64,000 bases of DNA from Amoebophrya sp. A120. Lineage: Eukaryota > Protista > Dinoflagellata. Positions 24,935 through 35,253 of the stretch are shown here, in pieces (positions within the stretch are counted from its first letter, which is position 1; every line of letters begins with the position of its first letter). A program made the position numbers and the translations under genes. Location: contig CAJINV010000001.1 of assembly GCA_905178155.1 (NCBI GenBank), positions 12,894,635-12,958,634 of the forward strand, written 5' to 3'. The notes beneath the pieces are model-generated. The model had not been told where the DNA came from. It searched no databases and saw only the letters and a program-made list of their open reading frames with translations.

Positions 24935-26869
24935 TCAAGATTCAGTAGCACTTTGAGCGTGCGATGCATCTGTGTAATCTAGATCGTCGTAGGCTTCGAG
25001 ATATACATTGCAAAAGTATCGCAGTAGTGTAGTACTACTTGCAGTCATACATGACAGATATATTCGCCTAAAGAAAAACAGCATTTACAAACTGCGACTG
25101 CATTTGTATTCTTGAAAAAAATTGTCATGCGTTTAACACTAGTACGATAGTTTTTCAATGCATAGGAGAGCGTCCGCACCTGGACCAAAACGCTTCCGAA
25201 GATCCATACACTGCAGCCGGTCCGTACACTCTGCTATTCGATTTGGGCCAGCTGCTCTACTGGTACTGGGCACAGCTTCTGGATAGCTGGCGTGCTGACC
25301 GCCCGGGTGTAAAAATTGCCGTGGACCACCGCCACAACTTGCACCTCTAGAACCGGCCACGGTGATCATCTCCAGCGTTTGGCAATTGACACATACCAGC
25401 TTCGGCACTTCCGTCACCCGAAAGAGCAACTTGAGTCGGCCGCTGCACTCCACATTTCGGTACGGGACGGTGACCCAAGGCATGGTTTGAATATGCTTTG
25501 CAAAAGTATCGCACTCGTACTATAAATGCATTACAAATTTCCTCAGCATCAGAAATAAAATTTGTAATGCGGATTTACCTTGAGAACAGGATTTGTGATG
25601 CATGACTGCAATACGAGTACGATACTTTTGCACAGGATATTGAAAGAACTGCTGCATTTCTTCCATGGCTCGCTCAGGTACTTGGAAGAAGCTCGAATGG
25701 ATATGCAAGAAAAAAACTGTGTAAGTGTAAATTTGTGTTGCAGAACATGCAGCAGAGTTACACCTGTCATGCCAGACAGCCATGAAGCTCTCTTTTCATG
25801 TGTGTTGTGCCTTGCAAGCCTTGCATGACAGGTTTTCTCTGTCATGTGGAGCAAATTTGTGATGCTGTTCCTCAAAGAAAATTACACTTGCACACTTTTT
25901 TTTCTGGATAATGGAGCAACTATATTCAACTATTTGCGCTACTACAGCACCAAAGCACGGGCGATGATCCGCCTAGTAGCTCTCGTCAGGGACGAGTGTT
26001 GCATCACAACAAGTCTTCCACCCTGACACGTCTTGGTCTTTTTTTACCCGTCTATGTAAGACAGGAGTGGGCCTGGGCTTTGAATTCTTGTCCCCATTCC
26101 CATTCCGATTGATTGTTCCATCTGAGTATCAAAATGAAAAATCCCTCCTCCCCATACGCAAGAAACGGAGATTTGTCTAGTAGTAGTATGACTATGATCT
26201 GTGATCACGTTGTCATGTTAGACGCTGTAGCGCTGGCTGCCGAGAGTAAGTCTTGCTTCTTCAGCATGTTGACAGGAAGCAACTGGAAGCGGGAATACTT
26301 AAACAGCATGACAAATTGTCTGTAAACGAGGCCGCAGCTGCGTCTCTTGGTCTTCTAGTAATACAAGCCGATTTGTGTACTCAAATTTAGCATCGCAGAT
26401 TTCTTTTTCGATGATGGGGAATTTCAATTTTTCCTCACAATACTGAGCAAGCCATACTCTCCGCGGTTTCATCGAAGGACACGAAGACGACCTGGAGCGC
26501 GCCCTCGCCTCGACATCTTGTGATGGTTTCGTAATGTATCGTATGCAATACAAATTCCCCGCACATTTACAAAATGCATGACAAATTTCGCTAACTTGGA
26601 GTGTCACACGACTTGTCATGCTGACTAAGATTGAAGGCCAGTTTTGTCACGCAGCAACAGCATCCATTTGTATGTCGTGTACCACGGGAAATTTCCTGAG
26701 GATATATCCGCAGGTGCTTCACGAAGTGCCGGCACGCAGCACTCCAGCCGGCTGCAAAAACGAAGAACAGCTTTCGGTACGACAACAAATCCGCGCGGGA
26801 AAAGGTGCGCCCCTTGCAGTCCTGAAACCGAATGTCGCTCCAGGGCTCCACGGGAAAGGCTGCCGACAT
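24935..26869 (-). CDS. Nucleoredoxin/tryparedoxin-like thioredoxin-fold protein with WSAAC motif
   Basis: Spliced product reads KLFFVFAAGWSAACRHFVKHLRI-HYETITRCRGEGALQVVFVSFDETAE-KMQQFFQ-TMPWVTVPY...LFRVTEVPKLVCVN. This matches the TryX/NRX pattern (F-x-A-x-W-C-P-P-C, IVFVSxD, MPWxAxP, xPxLV). A further intron in the last exons is possible. Confidence 0.85.
25002..25164. mobile_element. TIR introner, family C
   Basis: TATACATTGCAAAAGTATCG vs reverse complement TATGCATTGAAAAACTATCG; flanks CGAGA/GGAGA. Confidence 0.85.
25492..25639. mobile_element. TIR introner, family C
   Basis: TATGCTTTGCAAAAGTATCGCACTCGTA vs reverse complement TATCCTGTGCAAAAGTATCGTACTCGTA; perfect direct repeat TTGAA; joins FFQ-TMPW. 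Confidence 0.92.
25664..26456. mobile_element. Old TIR introner, now a GT-AG intron (25660-26457); hosts a nested element
   Basis: 13-bp inverted repeat ATGGCTYGCTCAG; sense intron GTATGG...CCATGGAAG; joins ETAE-KMQQ in frame. Confidence 0.75.
26127..26442. mobile_element. Family B element nested inside the previous intron
   Basis: TATCAAAATGAAAAATCCCTCCTCCCCATAC...GATGGGGAATTTCAATTTTTCCTCACAATA; perfect direct repeat CTGAG; body similar to 13244-13554. Confidence 0.9.
26542..26704. mobile_element. TIR introner
   Basis: TATGCAATACAAATTCCCCG vs reverse complement TATCCTCAGGAAATTTCCCG; flanks TATCG/TATCC; joins HLRI-HYET. Confidence 0.8.
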
Positions 26870-28401
26870 GTCGCAAAGAAGAAGAACCCTAGCTGTTGTA
26901 CCACTTCTGGCGCGCCGCACTTCTTCTGCAAATCAGCCTGGACATTGCTGTTCGTTGCTGGCACCGGTAAAAATTAAAAAAAATAAAGGTTACAGATAAA
27001 CTCAGCGATATCAAGAGGTCGTTTTGTTCATCGCGCACCAAAATTCACCCTCTCACTGCAGCACGAAAGGTGAAGGTCACAAAGTCACTCTTGCGCGGCT
27101 TTCAAGGGCGTCAACAGATAGAGCACCAAGTGATGATGGTGACACCAATGCTCAAGAATCTCACAGCACATAGAGGTCCCGCCGACATCAGTCTTCCTCA
27201 TTGATTTTTACTACATTTGCACGGTGTTCCATTTCCTTCGGAGGAAGATATCTATCAAGTCCTTCGTGTCCATCTCGATGGATATGCGTTTAATGGTACC
27301 TGCGCGAAGTTCTTGTAAATACAATGGCAGGAGTCCCTCACCTTTTCTTTCCTGAAGGCAAATTCGGAAATCTGAAAAAAAGTGACAACCACCGTCGTAG
27401 CTGCGACAAAGCAGGAGGGCGCATCGGCCTTAGCATGATGCATTGAAAGGTCGTCCCATGAGTTGTACAGGCATGGCCGTCATGACCGATGACAGATCAG
27501 GTTCAGGAGAAAATGAAACTCGAACTCCACTACAACGCATTTGCATGTAGTCAATGTTATAATATATAAAGACAAAATCACCTGCGCAGCATCGGTGGAG
27601 TGCCATGGATGCTGGTGATATACTGCGTTGCTACGAACTAACACCATGATAGTACCTCAAAATTCGTTAGGCGAAATGTGTTCTTGTAGATAATCATCAA
27701 CCTATACCTAGTTCCATCAATATTAGCAGCGGGACGGAACAAGGTCAGCATAGTCGTGCTGTTAGTGCGAGAAGGTGAACTTCAGGTGTGAAGAGTAGTC
27801 TATGCCATTGAGCGCCGTCGCTGCCTGACTCATCGATGTGATGTGGTACTGGTACGCCTCGCCTCGGCCGGCTCAGCAACGGAAACTGCACTTGCGCAAA
27901 TCTGAACATGGACTGGCGAGCAAGTGCCTCAATGATCCGTTGAGTGTTCATTTTCCCCTGACGATCGTCTGCACGACGAGTAGGACAAATTCAATATGTC
28001 GATGAGAAGCAAGTCCATCTTGCTCGTCCACTGAAAAAACAACTATATACACCATGCATGATCGTCGAAGGGCCCAAAATAAAATGGCGCGCTAAAGAAG
28101 CCCTTGAACTGCATCGTCCACGAAAGCAGGTCGTTCCACCAGGTTCCCTCGGTGCATGATCCCCTCGGTTCATCTCGTCGACTCGAAAAGACAACGTCCT
28201 CCTCCTCGCCCAGCGAGACAGTGACGACAATAGCCACTTCATCATCGAGCACCATGCGTCGCTCGTGGTAGAAGCGTCAACTTGTTTCCAGTATGCATGC
28301 CGGATAGCCTTTGGTACTTCGTCCGGGGTCCTCGCGGAAAATAGATCAGAATGTCAAGTCGAGCTGAAAGTGCGAAAACCGGACAACTCGAGGACGGTCT
28401 C

Positions 28402-31400
28402 CTAGCTTGGCAGCGTGCACGAATCGTTCGCCACGCCTACTTCCGAGTAGATCGGTTCGCCGGGAATGTTGGGAACGGCGGCCGTCTCCTTCAGTCCTCC
28501 GAGCGATTTGGGGAGAAGCTCACTGGGCACATCCAGAAAAAGTTCCACTTCGGGCGGCAGGGTCTTTTTCACCTCGAGCATTTGTTCGTGCAGCATACGC
28601 GCTTGACGCAGGGAGGAGCACGGAATTCCGTAGACCGTGAAGGCTTTTGGGACCACGTCGTGATCCGTTTTAGTTTTCACCAGAGTCGACATTTGTGCGA
28701 GTCTGTCGCGAAGCAGAGTGCGCACGGCTTCTGCCTGCGCTTCGACCTTTTCGGCCGGTGATAAGGGCAACGCAACTACGTCCTCAACCGCGGCGGTCGA
28801 CGGCGTGTCTGATTGCGCGTTAAGCCCCACTGGCTCGTCCCCAGCCCCGTTTGCAGCTCCGCCCCGCTTTTCGTCTTCTTGGTCCTCCTCATCATCGTCA
28901 CCGCCACACACCGCCGAAGACGTGCTCGTCTCCGCTGTGTGTGCTGCCTTGTCTTTGTATTGCGTGAAAATTAACCATCCCCATCCACTTTTTGCATGAC
29001 AGACACAGACTTTAGTTCTAGATCTAGTTACTACATGTTTCTTTGCATGAGAAATTGGATGGGGATGGTTAATTTTCATGGAATACTTTGCTCCTCGCAA
29101 ACGGATTCTTTTTCTTCCACGAGTTAAACTTGCTCGCCATCTTGTCTTTCAGGGTCGTGTCGCCTTTAATATTACTGCTAGTGCTCCCCGCCCCTGTCGG
29201 TTTCTCGCGACTGGGCACTTGCTTCAGAAACGCAACTTTTCGCCGCGTGCGCTCGTTCAACCACGGACTAATCACCTTCCAGGCCGCGTTGAATATCTGG
29301 GGCGCGTTGATCAGGTAGGCCTTCGCCAGGCGCTGTGGATTATGATCTTGCGTGATGTTGTATCAAGTGCAAAAGTGTCTGGGTCTGGAAGGTCGGAACA
29401 TGTCATGTTAAATCTGAATCATGCAAAAATCAGTGTTGCGTGATTCCCAAATGCTGTCCAATTTTGATCAAGTTAGTAGTAGTAGTACCATTTGACTCCT
29501 GGCGGGTGGGCGTTAGAACAGGAAGTTTCTCATGTTGGGAGGAAGTTTCAAGTTGGGAGGAAGTTTCCATTTTGATAAAGTTGGGAGGAAGTTTCTCATG
29601 CAGGATAGGCATGATAGTGATCTCACGGAATCTGTCATGCTAGGTCCTCCATTACAGACCATATGGATCATGGAAAACCTGCATGACAAGTCTAGAAAAG
29701 TTCCAGACCCAGACATTTTTACATTTGATATGTTGATCAGCTGCTGCAGGTACTTGAAGTATTTCGCGTGCCACAGGGCCCAACCCTTCAGGTCGAACAT
29801 ATGGCGTTCTCAAACGTTACACTCTCAACTGTTACATGAAATTTGTCATGCAAGAACAGCAACAACCGAAGAGGCAAGATTGCTGCTTTCGCATCACAGA
29901 TTTGGCAGAGATTTACGTCCTGTTTAGCCCTTCGGAGGTTCGTTTGTCATGCGTGGCCGCTTGATCATCTGGAGGTTTAAGGTGCGTAGTTTTGCATGAC
30001 AAATCCGTGTAACAGTTGAGAATGTAACAGTTGAGAACGCCATAGAACAGAATCAGAAAGCCGCGGCAGAAGGGGTAGCTGGTCGCCGCGTTGTCGTCCA
30101 CAATGCTGCAGATACGCTCCACAAAATAGACCACATACCGCACGTACTGATCCAGGCTGTACTCGTATGGAAGTGTGTGAAAATAAAGAAAAACTTTATG
30201 ATTGATCCCCTGGTAGTTGCTGTTGCTTTTGTCCTTAAGTTTGCTTTATTTTTGCAGCAGTTGTAGCAGAGTGATGTATAATTTTTAGCTTTACCTTGGA
30301 TTTATTTCCAACAGGATTGCATACCCACTGCTCGCCCGTGATTGCTTCTTTTATTTTACAAAAATGCAGGTACTAGCTCTGCGATCAAGAAGAAGACAAG
30401 GGAAGGGTCTGTAGAGATGCGGGCCGACGGACTCCATGACCACAGTAGATTCTGTATATCTATATAGGAGATTCTGTGGAATGCCTTGGGTCGCTGCCGA
30501 AGCAGATCGTAAATTTCCGCTACGGTTACGTGTCTTTCCAACGACCACCATACACGAAAAAGATAGACTCGAAGTTGTAGATAGCTCTTGTTTTCGTTTT
30601 CCTGTCCAACGTACCGTTAGGCAGACGCAAACACGAGTACAAATCTCGCGGACACATTACATGATCCTTGCCTTCATCGCCGTTTCTAAATTAGTACAGT
30701 GTCTGTCCTGGCGCAAGTTTTTCTTATCTTCACTTTGATACCTCGTGGGGATTCCATAACCCGGCTCGCACGAATAGGATCTGTTTTAGTTTTAACTTTC
30801 TCTATATGCTTCTACTGCATCGCGGTGAGTATTTGTTTCACGGGCGCCTCTATTGCCGGGGAGGTCAAGGGATAAGGCGGGTAGTGCAGGCTTTGTTTGC
30901 TCGCAGTTCCATTCTGGTTGGCGAAGTAGAGCAGTACGACGGGCGTTCCTAAACGGATACAAGTGCAGCGAAATTAAGGCATCCCGCACGAATGGAAGAA
31001 GTAGCCGTGCGTGCACGGATCCCGAACCCGATGGGTTGGAGGAGCTGCGCCCTTCCTAAAACAGACCTGGCATTTACTTATTTTGCTTTTGGTGGCTCGG
31101 GCACAGTGTGCACGTCGGTTGAGTCTATTTTACGGGGAGCCTATTTTTTTCGGGATCGCGCATCGCAACGCGATGATCCGGCTAGACAAGAGACCGCCTC
31201 CTAACCGCGGGGTCGACCGAGCTAAACCCACGTGGACCCTCCACCATTCCCCACTAAATGAGATGAGAATGCGCTAGTTGCATATTAATACAAACATAGA
31301 GGATGTTCTGGAACGAACCAGAGCTACCTCATAGCAAAGGAGCCATCTAGGTACTCGAGCGCTTTTTATTTTTACCCTGCACCAAAAAACACAATAAATC

Positions 31401-33479
31401 GCGAAATTTTAAAATTTTATTTTTATCGTCCACGGGAAACTATATGAGACTGCTCTCGATCGCAGACGAGACTTCATACGTGCTTTATATTTTGACAGCC
31501 AAAAATCAGAAAAATAGCGAAATTTCAAAATTTTATTTTTATCCTTTTGGAAAAACCGCGAAAACTTAAAATTTTATTTTTATTGCTCACGCAAATTCAA
31601 AAAAAAAAAATCAAACATTTTCTGAATGCAAGAGCATGAGCGGCATACTTCTCTGGCTGTGGTTGACCTGTGACCAGCAGATGCCAACGACCTAGGCAGC
31701 GACGCACAGAGAATCCGAGCGGCGGCTATCTAGCTTCTTCGTACACCAAACAAATATTTCTTGAAGTTTTGAGAACTTTCATACTCTCAAGATAAAAACT
31801 ACTAGAAGATGAACTAGACGCAGCACGGATGCGAAATTGCACTCGTTAAAACCACCCTTGGATGTGTGCTAAGGCTGCGACGCAGACCAAAACGTGTGTG
31901 CTAAGGCTGGGACGCAGACCACAGCGATCCCACGACTCACTGCGGTATGCAAGGTCTCTCAAGATCAAGCCAACGAAATACAAATCCACGACGAGAATAG
32001 TTGCTTAAGGTTGAGGCGGAGTTTTCTTCACAACAAGAATTCTTGTCCAAGAGTGCCTGTTGGAGTTACAGGCACACTTTCACTACAGTGCACCACCAAG
32101 ATGATAAAAACACTTGATGACTCATAGTTTTCATGTGGTCGAACTTAATACTAGAACTGCAATGAGAGTGACTTTCTTGCGCTTCTCTCATCATACTACT
32201 TGGCGTCTGCCAACGCAGCCGCCCGCAGGGGACATGAAAGAGGACCACGACCACCTTTTTCTGGGGTAGCCGCTCTTCGATAAACTACATCACTGCACAA
32301 CTAGAACCAAGTAGTTAAGTGCGTACTGGCTCTCCATTCGCGGTGAAACCGAGGCAGCTTCTATGCTACAAAAAAATGCCTTCATCTTCAGCATCACTTT
32401 AGCAATACGTCTTCCCCTGCAAGCCAGTCTCAGTAAAGATGACCCATCATCTTCATTCTGCTCCGTCCTCGTCGTCCCGAAGAGGCACATTGGGCATCTG
32501 TTTTGCACTAATTCAAATACATATTTCTGATACCTGCACAGGAGCACAAACGCAATAAGTAACCGGATATAGAAAAGAGCTGCTGCTGTAAGTAGAGGGG
32601 TCCTTGCAGCTCTCTCTTGTCTTGCGAAATTTCATCATCTCCGCAGACATTGATGAAGACCGTGGTCGTGGTGCCAAGATGACCATTCTTTCGTGTTTAT
32701 CCCATCATACGTCCAGCAGCCGGTCTTCAGTGCGGGAGAAAAGTCTGTGTTCTCGCGATTGATTTCCCCCAGGGTTGATCGCCACGCGCGGTGCGAAGAC
32801 AGCATGTCCCGGGCTTTCGGCAGCACAAAGTTGCGCGCCTGGAGGTAGCGCGAAATGGTCGCTGTGGACTCGTCCGGGTATTCCGCATGCAGCAGAGCAA
32901 CCTGCTCACTTTCCTCGCATATCGGACAGAAAGAAACTGCGAAGCCACAGCTGCCAATTTCAAAAAAATATCTTTAGCCCAGAATGAAGATAAATGTCTA
33001 CAACTTCCGCGAGAAGTTGACAGGGGTCGCCCAAAGCGGCCTGCAAGAAGAAGAAGAACGCTGCCCTTGATTTTTTTCTCGTGTATTCAAATTCATACAC
33101 TTTATTTTGCGTGTGAAAAAAGACAATGTTTCTTTGGAGCAAGATTCTTCGGCAGTGTATTAGCTGCCAAGGCAAGCCAGAAACTGTTAGAAAAGCAAAA
33201 GACAAACACCAAGTCTATTTCGGTGTGCCGTACAGTTTTTTTTTGTGCGATATCAGACTCGTCATACAACACTTCGCCGGCGACCACCCGAAAGCCACGC
33301 ACGTCTTCGGTGACGTCGGGGCAGGACGATGCTGATGAAGAAGATGCGGAAGCCCATTGCTCGTCCATCGCACGCGGGGGAGGTTGATAGGTATCCGTAT
33401 CTCCATCTTTGTGCTGCTCCGCGGCCACCTCCAATCCTTTTGCAACTCCGGAGGACGTCGACGGCGCACTATGATGCAT
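28402..33479 (-). CDS. CRAL-TRIO (Sec14-like) lipid-binding protein; further 3' exons probably extend to ~27.2 kb
   Basis: Spliced product: ATISRYLQARNFVLPKARDMLSSHRAWR (CRAL-TRIO N-terminal region)...GCWT-CLGFTANGEP-ILFVRAGLWNPHE-YSLDQYVRYVVYFVE...FLILF-DLKGWALWH...LINI-TQDHNPQRLAKAYLINAPQIFNAAWKVISPWLNERTRRKVAFL. Six TIR-derived introns plus a GT-AG intron at 30781-32326. Confidence 0.92.
28958..29085. mobile_element. TIR introner (128 bp)
   Basis: 30-bp TIR TATTGCGTGAAAATTAACCATCCCCATCCA (2 mismatches); perfect direct repeat CTTTG. Confidence 0.93.
29361..29730. mobile_element. TIR introner, family A
   Basis: TATCAAGTGCAAAAGTGTCTGGGTCTGGAA...TTCCAGACCCAGACATTTTTACATTTGATA; perfect direct repeat TGTTG. 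Confidence 0.95.
29800..30044. mobile_element. TIR introner
   Basis: TATGGCGTTCTCAA...TTGAGAACGCCATA with a long extended inverted repeat; perfect direct repeat GAACA; joins ILF-DLKG. Confidence 0.95.
30166..30740. mobile_element. TIR introner, now a GT-AG intron (30162-30741)
   Basis: TATGGAAGTGTGTGAAAATAAAGAAAAAC vs reverse complement TATCAAAGTGAAGATAAGAAAAAAC; flanks ACTCG/CCTCG; sense intron GTATC...CATACGAG. Confidence 0.82.
31401..31584. repeat. Three copies of an AT-rich ~27-mer inside a large intron
   Basis: GCGAAATTTTAAAATTTTATTTTTATC-like copies at 31401, 31517 and 31558. Confidence 0.85.
31863..31921. repeat. 27-bp direct duplication (32-bp period)
   Basis: TGTGTGCTAAGGCTG(C/G)GACGCAGACCA twice, one mismatch. 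Confidence 0.9.
32362..32709. mobile_element. Degenerate TIR introner, now a GT-AG intron (32358-32710)
   Basis: TATG termini with residual internal inverted repeat (AATG..TCATCTT..GCA.CAC); sense intron GTATGA...GCATAGAAG; joins GCWT-CLGF. Confidence 0.7.
32920..33252. mobile_element. TIR introner
   Basis: TATCGGACAGAAAGAAACTG vs reverse complement TATCGCACAAAAAAAAACTG; flanks TCGCA/TCAGA; joins YDESE-ESEQV. Confidence 0.85.
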
Positions 33480-35253
33480 TGCAAATCTCTTCAGCTTGTA
33501 CTTGTTCTTCACGCCAGTCGTGTCTGCCTCTGCTGTTGGAAATGAAACCCTAAATCAAGCAACAAATGCAAATCCAAATGCATGGAATAATAATGAATTT
33601 ACTTGTGGAAGTGGATCATAGGGGCAATACATTTTCCGCGCACAATTTCCTTATTATGCAGGAAGTAGGAGTACTAGGAAAAGAAAGCCTGCAATTACTG
33701 TGCGAAGCGCAGCACGGCCACGGGTGTGGTTCTACCTTTTTTGTCTCCTGCTGGGTCACGATGACAAACCCACTGCACGACCGTCTTCATCTTTCTGTAT
33801 CAAGGGCAAAGAAACCATGCATGTCCATACATAGAACTATGTACAATGTAGTGATGAAGTTGTACAACTACGCGACGATCAGGACTTCTGGGCGGCCCCT
33901 ATTCAGTCGAAGTTAGTTTCGGTTTCGACAACAGCAACAGGGCGTTTTAGAACATTTGCCTTCAGACATTACTGCAATTCCACCGGATAAAGAGCGCCGT
34001 CCTCGTGGTCCTGCGTCCCCGAACCATCCTGATTGTTCATGGAACAAACGGCCACACTTGGCACCGTCATTTCAGCGTTTGATGTTCTTCGCAATTTTTA
34101 TGCAGCTTGCTACCTCGTCATCCCTATCTATTTTAGAGGATGTTCACTCATTTTTGGCTGCAATCTCTGGTGAGGTGCGGACAAGTACCCTCTACTCGTC
34201 TACTAACCATATTAGTCTTACTCATACCGTGACTACAAAATTCATCCTCGCTTTAGGAATAGGATCACAATGACCAACAAGTCCTCTCGAATGAGGACAA
34301 AAGCAAAACAAGCATGTGCAATATCTGTACTTGACGCAACCAAATGCAAGAAATTTCGAAGAGCTTATGAATTCAGCGACGAGATCAGGCAGAACAAACA
34401 AGAAGAATGAAAGGACCAGGTTTGACGTTGTGCCTCGCCATACATCAGCATCACGCAAGCTATCAGTTGTAGATGTAGACCTCCACCATACGGAAAAACT
34501 CAAAGAAACACAGTACTAGTCGAAATGGGTGTTGTAGATCCGTGCTGGCAGTAGAGTACTAGTTCATGTAGTTGGCGTCTCTCCTCAGCCACTACATGGT
34601 ATGATTAGCTTTATCTTTACCCGACGTTCCCTTGAGATTGACATCACGTAGAAGTTTAGTGTACCAGTACTATTTCAGCAGGAGCTATAGTAGATTTCAG
34701 CCTTTCCGCTTGGTGGTTTGAGTTTATTGATATCATCCCTGGTGGTAGGAGTAGGTCGTACACAACTACATCGACTTCGTCTGTGCTCAAAGCGGAAGCC
34801 TTAGAGTCAGAAGAAAAAGGAACACAAATAAGACTCGCATCTCGGCTGCTTTTTGCGGTGTCCGGGCAATGGACAGTGATGTCACGATCATGTCAGCGTC
34901 TGCGTCAGACGGACACCACAGCAACAAGCTATTCTTACATAAAAGACGACCATAATTGAACTTGTCCTCCTTGAGAAGTGAAAAAATCGCCCTCGCGCCG
35001 CTTTTCCAGCCATCTATTTTCAAGTAGGGCTTTTCGCAGTTGATTATCGCATCACGTGCGTGCGCATTTCTATTTGTGCGGCCATAAAGAATTACATTGT
35101 CGGCACCGACTATGTATAATGAGGACACGACTCATCCGGAGCAGGAGGTTACTTCTGTTTTTTTTTTTGGTCGTCGTTGCTTGTTCCTGTTCAACATCAA
35201 GCTTTTTGTTTATTTTTTTTGCTTGCTTTAATTTTTTTGTTACCACACTGACG

